A stretch of DNA of 29,070 nucleotides from a virus (lineage: Duplodnaviria; Caudoviricetes): positions 1 to 29,070 of the IMG/VR virus record IMGVR_UViG_3300046710_000220. One strand, written 5' to 3'. Position 1 is the first letter of the stretch, and every line of letters begins with the position of its first letter. The position numbers were made by a program, and so were the translations under genes. Of this stretch, positions 23,728-29,070 are shown piece by piece. Under the pieces are notes generated by a model, which was not told the origin of the DNA, ran no database searches, and worked only from the letters and a program-made list of their open reading frames with translations.

Positions 23728-24219
23728 TCAGCTTTTATCCAGATAGGCTTCCAGGTCATCCAAGTGGCGAGAACACTCATTTGAAAACTCATCCAAGAGA
23801 AAGTACTTCCAATCATCCTTTTTCTTAAGATCAAAAGTCTTGGAAGGGGAAAAGCCAGCATTGGCATAGGAAAACCGAACAGGTTCATCCTCTGCATAGG
23901 ACCGATTGATCCTTCCCGGAAATAGCCACAATCCAACCTTATTCTGAACACCAGAGTTTTTTGGCAAGTAGATAACATTAAAATCTACCCGTGTATCAAC
24001 AGCATGGTATTCATCATCTTTTTTGATAAGGGAAGCAATCTTCTTCTTAGCAAATAGAAGGGATTCTTCAATAACTGCATCAATATCAGCTAAAGTGTGA
24101 TAAGGCCAGAGAACAGAATATTTCCTTGATTCGAAAATATCGGTTCCACTATGAATAACAGCACGACCTTTCCAAGAAACCTCTGCTTCAAAATGAATAG
24201 TTCCATAGTCTTTGCTCAT
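23728..24219 (-). CDS. Hypothetical protein
   Basis: SD AAGGA, own promoter at 24257-24285. Confidence 0.7.
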   Translation of the reverse strand: MSKDYGTIHFEAEVSWKGRAVIHSGTDIFESRKYSVLWPYHTLADIDAVIEESLLFAKKKIASLIKKDDEYHAVDTRVDFNVIYLPKNSGVQNKVGLWLFPGRINRSYAEDEPVRFSYANAGFSPSKTFDLKKKDDWKYFLLDEFSNECSRHLDDLEAYLDKS

Positions 24220-24256
24220 GTGGTCCTTCCTTTAGCTACTTTATGTAACTAAGAGT

Positions 24257-24285
24257 ATCTTATACTATTAATAAAAAGAATTCAA
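24257..24285 (-). promoter_or_regulatory. Probable sigma70 promoter (TTGAAT -35, TAAGAT -10)
   Basis: Near-consensus boxes upstream of ORF 23728-24219. Confidence 0.45.
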
Positions 24286-24455
24286 GTCTTTTTGTGAAAA
24301 TCCTCATGAATTTTCATCATAAGAACCCTTACTAAATCTGCATCTTTCTTATAGTCTTTTCTAAGTCTGCTATATTCTTCATGGGCTATTTTATGTACTT
24401 TATTCCATCGAATAGTTCTGTTGACTTCTGCAACATAATCTTTAACGGGCATCAT
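24282..24455 (-). CDS. Small hypothetical protein (57 aa, MMPVKDYVAE...), not in ORF track
   Basis: SD AAGGA, fills the gap between genes. Confidence 0.55.
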   Translation of the reverse strand: MMPVKDYVAEVNRTIRWNKVHKIAHEEYSRLRKDYKKDADLVRVLMMKIHEDFHKKT

Positions 24456-24465
24456 TATTTCCTTA

Positions 24466-24663
24466 TTATAGTGACGTTTTCCAATTTTCTTTTGTTAATC
24501 GCTTAGTCTTATTTTCATAAAGAGAAAACATGAGATTAAAAATAGTTAAGTGATCTTTCGAGTACTTATTAGAAATATCTGTAAATAATTCATTAGCTAT
24601 TTTATGCATATCTTCCCAGTATTTCTTCTTTTTTTCAATCATAGAAAAGGTTGCTGCTGGCAT
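24466..24663 (-). CDS. Hypothetical protein
   Basis: SD AAGGA, directly follows the phosphoesterase gene. Confidence 0.6.
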   Translation of the reverse strand: MPAATFSMIEKKKKYWEDMHKIANELFTDISNKYSKDHLTIFNLMFSLYENKTKRLTKENWKTSL

Positions 24664-24664
24664 A

Positions 24665-25432
24665 TTATTTATCCTTTTTCTCTATAGAAATTTCCATCAT
24701 TATATAGGTAGGCTTCTCATAATCAGAACCCACCATAATTGCCTTCGTTCGTCCATTAGAAGCTAAACCTACAAAAGGTGTATGATAATGTCCAGAAATG
24801 ACATAATCTATAGAATCTAAAAATTCCTCATACTTGGGGTTAGCACCAAAATATACCTTATCTTTATACTTAGGATTAATCATTGCCTTAACAATAGGGA
24901 AATGCGTAATAAGCATAGTAGGAAGTCCAATTTCTCTTTTATATGCAGTAGCTCTTGCAAGGCATTTAGCGTATTCGGCATGAGCTTTATCTACTAAATA
25001 TTTGTAAGACCCCTCTCGATAGTTAGGAATATAGGTGTAGTCTTGCGTTCCTACTTCCGCTTCATGATACCAAAGCATAGCACCACAAATATATACCCCA
25101 TGAAAAAGAAAATCGTTTTCACCATTAAGAGACAAGATATTATAGCAAGCATCAATTTCTTCAAATTCGGCCTCCATTTCTTGAGGAGATTTATTTTCCT
25201 CATTCCAGTAGTCATGGTTTCCATTCACTATTAATATAGGAATATTAGGAAAAACCCTTCTAAGGTATGAAAATAGTTCTGTTCTTTGTTTTATATGGTG
25301 AGATACAATATCTCCAGATATAATGAGAATGTCAGGCTTCTGCTTTTCAACATCCTTTATTACATTGATTACAGCAGAGTTGTGGTTCACACTACATCCT
25401 ACATGGGTATCTGTCATTATTGCATATTTCAT
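24665..25432 (-). CDS. Calcineurin-like metallophosphoesterase
   Basis: TDTH, SGD, GNHD, ITHFP and SGHYH motifs. Confidence 0.88.
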   Translation of the reverse strand: MKYAIMTDTHVGCSVNHNSAVINVIKDVEKQKPDILIISGDIVSHHIKQRTELFSYLRRVFPNIPILIVNGNHDYWNEENKSPQEMEAEFEEIDACYNILSLNGENDFLFHGVYICGAMLWYHEAEVGTQDYTYIPNYREGSYKYLVDKAHAEYAKCLARATAYKREIGLPTMLITHFPIVKAMINPKYKDKVYFGANPKYEEFLDSIDYVISGHYHTPFVGLASNGRTKAIMVGSDYEKPTYIMMEISIEKKDK

Positions 25433-25453
25433 ACCACAAGCTTATCCTATTTT

Positions 25454-25699
25454 TTAACTAAAGTCAATATCTCGATAACCTAAATCTGTTGAATAAGTTG
25501 TCAGAACGTTATCTACCTTGGCTTGAATATATTCCACCTCCTGAAGAAGGTCATTCAAGTTCCTCAATGGTTCATATTCTTTTTCATAAAAGGCAATATA
25601 CCTTTCTGCTTGCTGCTCGAACTCTTCTAATGTTTTAGAAGGGCTAAATTGGACACTCATTAAGACAAATGCCAGTTGTTTTGAAATAGGGGGGTTCAT
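25454..25699 (-). CDS. Hypothetical protein
   Basis: ATGA overlap, SD AAGGA. Confidence 0.6.
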   Translation of the reverse strand: MNPPISKQLAFVLMSVQFSPSKTLEEFEQQAERYIAFYEKEYEPLRNLNDLLQEVEYIQAKVDNVLTTYSTDLGYRDIDFS

Positions 25700-25959
25700 T
25701 GAGGAGTTGCTTCCTTATCTTGAGGTTGATCATACTTAATTCCGCAGAAGGGACAATAGACTGGAACAATTGGAACTTCAGAGGGTTTAAGTCTATATTC
25801 TCCATTTAATTTCTTTTCGGTAATAATAGCATATAGGCCACAGGGCTTAACATCTATTGTTCCATTTCCAAGTTGAAACCCTACAGCAACACAAGCAGAA
25901 GGGTCGTCATAGGTTTCTTTTAAAGTTTTATTAACTTCTTCAATGCAATTACACGACAT
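25696..25959 (-). CDS. Small Zn-binding phage protein (CxC...YCPFCG)
   Basis: MSCNC and YCPFCG motifs. SD GGAG. Confidence 0.7.
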   Translation of the reverse strand: MSCNCIEEVNKTLKETYDDPSACVAVGFQLGNGTIDVKPCGLYAIITEKKLNGEYRLKPSEVPIVPVYCPFCGIKYDQPQDKEATPQ

Positions 25960-25960
25960 A

Positions 25961-26185
25961 TTAACTCCATGTCCAAATGAGGATCAAAGTAGTTACTACC
26001 AGACCTGCCAAGGATGCCCCTAAACCAACAAGGGCAATATTATCCAGTAAACTATTTTCCTCATTTTTCTTAGGGCTATAAACTCTGACTAAGTAAATAA
26101 TACCTAATCCCGCAAAGATACTAAAAGTTATTAAAAACTTTATACAGATTCCAAGTGTTGTGTTCATGTTACAAACCCCATTCAA
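25961..26185 (-). CDS. Small membrane protein with two predicted TM helices
   Basis: Two hydrophobic stretches separated by a charged loop. Confidence 0.6.
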   Translation of the reverse strand: MNGVCNMNTTLGICIKFLITFSIFAGLGIIYLVRVYSPKKNEENSLLDNIALVGLGASLAGLVVTTLILIWTWS

Positions 26186-26357
26186 TTGCTTCTATTTGAG
26201 AAACTTTTACTTGACAGTTTCTAAAGTCTAAAAAAGTACCACCTCCATACCAATTATCATAAATTTCTTCATACTCATCTTCTGAGTAATAACCTTTAAT
26301 AGTTTTACCAGAAGTCATATGAATCAAAATAGATTCAAGTCCATTATCTTCATGCAT
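26169..26357 (-). CDS. Hypothetical protein
   Basis: Packed ORF. Confidence 0.6.
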   Translation of the reverse strand: MHEDNGLESILIHMTSGKTIKGYYSEDEYEEIYDNWYGGGTFLDFRNCQVKVSQIEAIEWGL

Positions 26358-26358
26358 T

Positions 26359-26562
26359 TTAACTTCTCTCCATTCTTACTGTGCCACATTTAGGGCAAGC
26401 ATAAAGTTTAACTTCTTCATCATAATCTCCCCAATGACCTTCGGATATTTTGAAAGTTGATCCGTGTATTCTATGGAATTCTATATCTCCAATTAAGTTA
26501 TCTTGCCACTTTCCATTATCATCAAGACCTTCTTGATGTTTGTAGCCACATACACATTTCAT
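26359..26562 (-). CDS. Small Zn-ribbon protein (CxC...CPKCG)
   Basis: SD AGGAGG and Cys motifs. Confidence 0.7.
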   Translation of the reverse strand: MKCVCGYKHQEGLDDNGKWQDNLIGDIEFHRIHGSTFKISEGHWGDYDEEVKLYACPKCGTVRMERS

Positions 26563-26586
26563 AGTATGCCTCCTTATATAAGGACA

Positions 26587-26883
26587 TTATACCTTATTTA
26601 AATCTGTGTCAACCATAAACTTTAATTTTTCATTTAATTCACTAAAGGTGTAGATTATATCATCCCACATGACTTTCTGAACCATTCTTGTTCCAAACTC
26701 TCCAGTTTTATTACCATGTCCATTAACATATTCAAAAGTTTCTTCAACTTCAAAAAGATAAAAAGGCTTATCTCTAAATAAAGAGTGGCCATTTTTATAT
26801 AGAATATTAAGAACTACTTGTAAATCTAAAACTTCTACCATCATCTTACCAGCAGATTCTAACATAACTTCTGAGGCATCCAT
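26587..26883 (-). CDS. Hypothetical protein
   Basis: SD AAGGA, first gene after the promoter. Confidence 0.65.
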   Translation of the reverse strand: MDASEVMLESAGKMMVEVLDLQVVLNILYKNGHSLFRDKPFYLFEVEETFEYVNGHGNKTGEFGTRMVQKVMWDDIIYTFSELNEKLKFMVDTDLNKV

Positions 26884-26906
26884 AAAATAAATCTTCCTTC
26901 TTCTAT

Positions 26907-26935
26907 ATAATAAAGAGAAGGATTCAATATGTCAA
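26907..26935 (-). promoter_or_regulatory. sigma70 promoter TTGACA-17-TATTAT
   Basis: -35 at 26930-26935, -10 at 26907-26912. Confidence 0.7.
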
Positions 26936-26943
26936 TAAGAACT

Positions 26944-29070
26944 TTAAAAAATGAACCCAAGACCTTCTAATAATTTACTATTTTTAGACTTTACCTGTTC
27001 TGGGTCCAATATGATCTTTGTTTCTTCCCATAGTTCCCTAAGAGAAGCAGGGTCCACTGCTAAGTACCTTTTAGCTAACTCTACAGCCCCACAAACCGCA
27101 TCAGAAACGTCTTTAGCATGAAGCCCTATTAATCCTGTACTCCAATTGTAATCGGCTCCAGAGGGGTTAATAATATCACCTTTAGTGTGGTCTACTTTTA
27201 AGGTATCAGTTCTTGGACGCTTTGTTATTCTTAGAGATTTTAGATTATTTTTAAACATTAAGTTTCTTCCTATCTTTAAACTGCCCATTTCTATTAATGA
27301 AGATAGGGACATATAAGGATCAAGGGTAGAGTCAACTGATAGATGTTCCATTTCAATACCATATCTTTCTAAGAATTGTATGGCTGATTCTGATTGATAG
27401 GTATCATAGGATGCATTAACTACAGGAATATTTCCTTTAGAAATTAAATCAATAATTAACTCTCGAATAGCATCCAAGTTAATTCTTCCACCATAAGGAG
27501 AGATAGGGATAACAAAATCTATTACATATATAATGTCTTTCATTCTATCAATAGATGAAGTAAACTTATCATACTTTCTTTCTATATGAGCACAAGCGAT
27601 AGCAGTCATATCTCCTGACACTGATTGGTCAATATGTATTACTCTTGGAAGATTAGGTTTATAGTAAAGTTTGTATGTTTTACCATGGGGTAAGAATAAT
27701 TGATCTTTTATCTGATTCCAGATTAATCCTGTTGGGTTCATTTTGGCATCGGCGTGTAGACAGCTTGTTATGGATTTCATTTCTGGAACAAAACACGCCT
27801 CTATTTTATTATCAATATAGAAAAGTTTATCCATATTTCCTTGAGGTATTCCAGCTAAATCTCTTAAAGAATCAATTAAAGAATCGTGGAATAGTTGATA
27901 TAATCCCTTTTCATCAGATAGGGTAGCATAAGGTACATTTAGGATATCTGAGGGATTATATCCTTCAGCAGAAGTGAGAATTCGAGGAGGGTTTCCATTT
28001 CCCCCTAAATAAACAGGAAAAGTATTATCTATATTAGGAAAGTCTGATTCTACCCATTTCCAAATTGATCCCTTAACAACATAGCAAGTTTTGTCTAAAG
28101 GAGCCTCATTGAATGCCCAGCTTTCAAGGGGACTTGTAATGTCGTTAGGTGAAGAATCCAGGACGCTTCTGGATAATTCATGGCCTTTGAATCTGGAGAA
28201 AATACGTCTTTTTGCATTATTATATATTTTCATAATAAACTCATCAGAATGTCCATTTTCTCTAAAGAAATTTAATTCTGAGAGGGTAGCACAGACAATA
28301 CTTAAACCTACAAATCTACCAGGATCGGATGCTAACTTAACATGTAAATTATTATTAAACTGTAATGCACTTACTCCATTCTTACTTGCTGTTGTCCAGT
28401 ATATTTTATCTATAGTTTCTGAATGAAGAAAGTTTTCTTCTGATTTTCTCATATGTTCCCTTGTTCTAACTCTTTCAAAGAAAACTGAATCTTCTAATAT
28501 ATTTTGAAAAGGTTCTAATAAAACTTCTTGGGCTTTACTTAAATTAAAGGAAATCAATAAGAAAGCTATAGTAGTCGAAGTAGCTAATCCGAAAAACTTT
28601 TTAGGATTTCTCATTAAAGCTAAATGAGTCATAATGTATAAATTAATTAATACAGAAAGGTAGGATTTTCCGAAACCAATAAAAGGGACCAAGATGGCAT
28701 GTCTATAATCTTTAGTAGTATCAAAGAAATCTAAAAAACATTTTCTTATTCTTGGATATATTTCATCAGCAGTTGGTCCTAAATAAGGAAAGGTTAAAAA
28801 TTCTTCAGGAGTAGGTGGCTTTGTTTTATAATATACTCTCCAACTATTTGATATTAAATCAGATTTTTGATTACTTGTTAACTTATCATTATTTAGAATA
28901 AAATCTAAGGCTATTTTTATTTTACCCATATCAATAGAATCTAATCTCTCTTTGTAGAGAGAAACGTTACCTTGAACTAAATCAATGAGCGGATCAGCTA
29001 TTGAGTATAATTCCTTATTTGGTAATATAATTGGATTAGAAGAGATGATAGGATCATATATGTTTGATAT
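26944..29070 (-). CDS. terL: Terminase large subunit (frame open to the window edge, so the start probably lies outside)
   Basis: Walker A-like PFIGFGKS, Walker B-like VCATLSE, coupling motif LDSSP, and RNase H-like nuclease IHIDQSVSGD, SYDTYQS and KDVSDA. No stop between 28929 and 29070. Confidence 0.85.
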   Translation of the reverse strand: MSNIYDPIISSNPIILPNKELYSIADPLIDLVQGNVSLYKERLDSIDMGKIKIALDFILNNDKLTSNQKSDLISNSWRVYYKTKPPTPEEFLTFPYLGPTADEIYPRIRKCFLDFFDTTKDYRHAILVPFIGFGKSYLSVLINLYIMTHLALMRNPKKFFGLATSTTIAFLLISFNLSKAQEVLLEPFQNILEDSVFFERVRTREHMRKSEENFLHSETIDKIYWTTASKNGVSALQFNNNLHVKLASDPGRFVGLSIVCATLSELNFFRENGHSDEFIMKIYNNAKRRIFSRFKGHELSRSVLDSSPNDITSPLESWAFNEAPLDKTCYVVKGSIWKWVESDFPNIDNTFPVYLGGNGNPPRILTSAEGYNPSDILNVPYATLSDEKGLYQLFHDSLIDSLRDLAGIPQGNMDKLFYIDNKIEACFVPEMKSITSCLHADAKMNPTGLIWNQIKDQLFLPHGKTYKLYYKPNLPRVIHIDQSVSGDMTAIACAHIERKYDKFTSSIDRMKDIIYVIDFVIPISPYGGRINLDAIRELIIDLISKGNIPVVNASYDTYQSESAIQFLERYGIEMEHLSVDSTLDPYMSLSSLIEMGSLKIGRNLMFKNNLKSLRITKRPRTDTLKVDHTKGDIINPSGADYNWSTGLIGLHAKDVSDAVCGAVELAKRYLAVDPASLRELWEETKIILDPEQVKSKNSKLLEGLGFIF

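Noticed and set aside
9209-28426. Other overlapping track ORFs (9209-9406, 12307-12543, 12891-13073, 13904-14360, 15984-16953, 20899-21210, 21303-21626, 23512-23694, 23697-23978, 25043-25483, 27675-28426)
   Set aside because: Antisense or alternative-frame overlaps of better-supported genes.
1-29070. Alternative genetic code (stop-codon reassignment)
   Set aside because: Conserved genes (protease, MCP, ThyX, TerL) are uninterrupted in the standard code, and TAA, TAG and TGA all end genes.
1-29070. CRISPR array, integrase/att site, IS element or diversity-generating retroelement
   Set aside because: No regularly spaced repeats, recombinase, transposase, RT or TR/VR pair seen.
26944-29070. 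Intein or group I intron in the terminase (or MCP)
   Set aside because: The ORFs are continuous, of ordinary length, and show no intein splice motifs (C...HN-C/S/T) or LAGLIDADG blocks.

Overview
AT-rich segment of a large lytic dsDNA phage with T4-like (myovirus-type) head genes, read in the standard genetic code. The + strand block at 1-8.5 kb holds the 3' part of a gp20-like portal gene, a gp21-like prohead protease fused to a coiled-coil scaffold, three probable core/internal head proteins and a gp23-like major capsid protein, which is flanked by two putative free-standing homing endonucleases. The rest is almost all on the - strand: a probable baseplate/spike operon; many small early-type genes (DUF2786, gp32-like SSB, ThyX, HAD phosphatase, Hsp20, metallophosphoesterase) with clear sigma70 promoters and terminators; a three-tRNA operon; and a 5'-truncated large terminase. 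An HNH gene lies on the + strand next to the tRNA operon. The most notable region is the tRNA operon (22506-22954). It contains a non-canonical, tRNA-Sec/allo-tRNA-like tRNA-Ser(UGA), a C33 tRNA-Gly, and between them an unexplained ~150-nt structured RNA closed by a perfect 14-bp helix. Other signals are a motif shared by two head proteins (candidate capsid-targeting sequence), an internal start site that could yield a stand-alone scaffold, a candidate late promoter ACTAAWTA, and an H-type pseudoknot. All family assignments come from recognising motifs by eye; no database searches were run.
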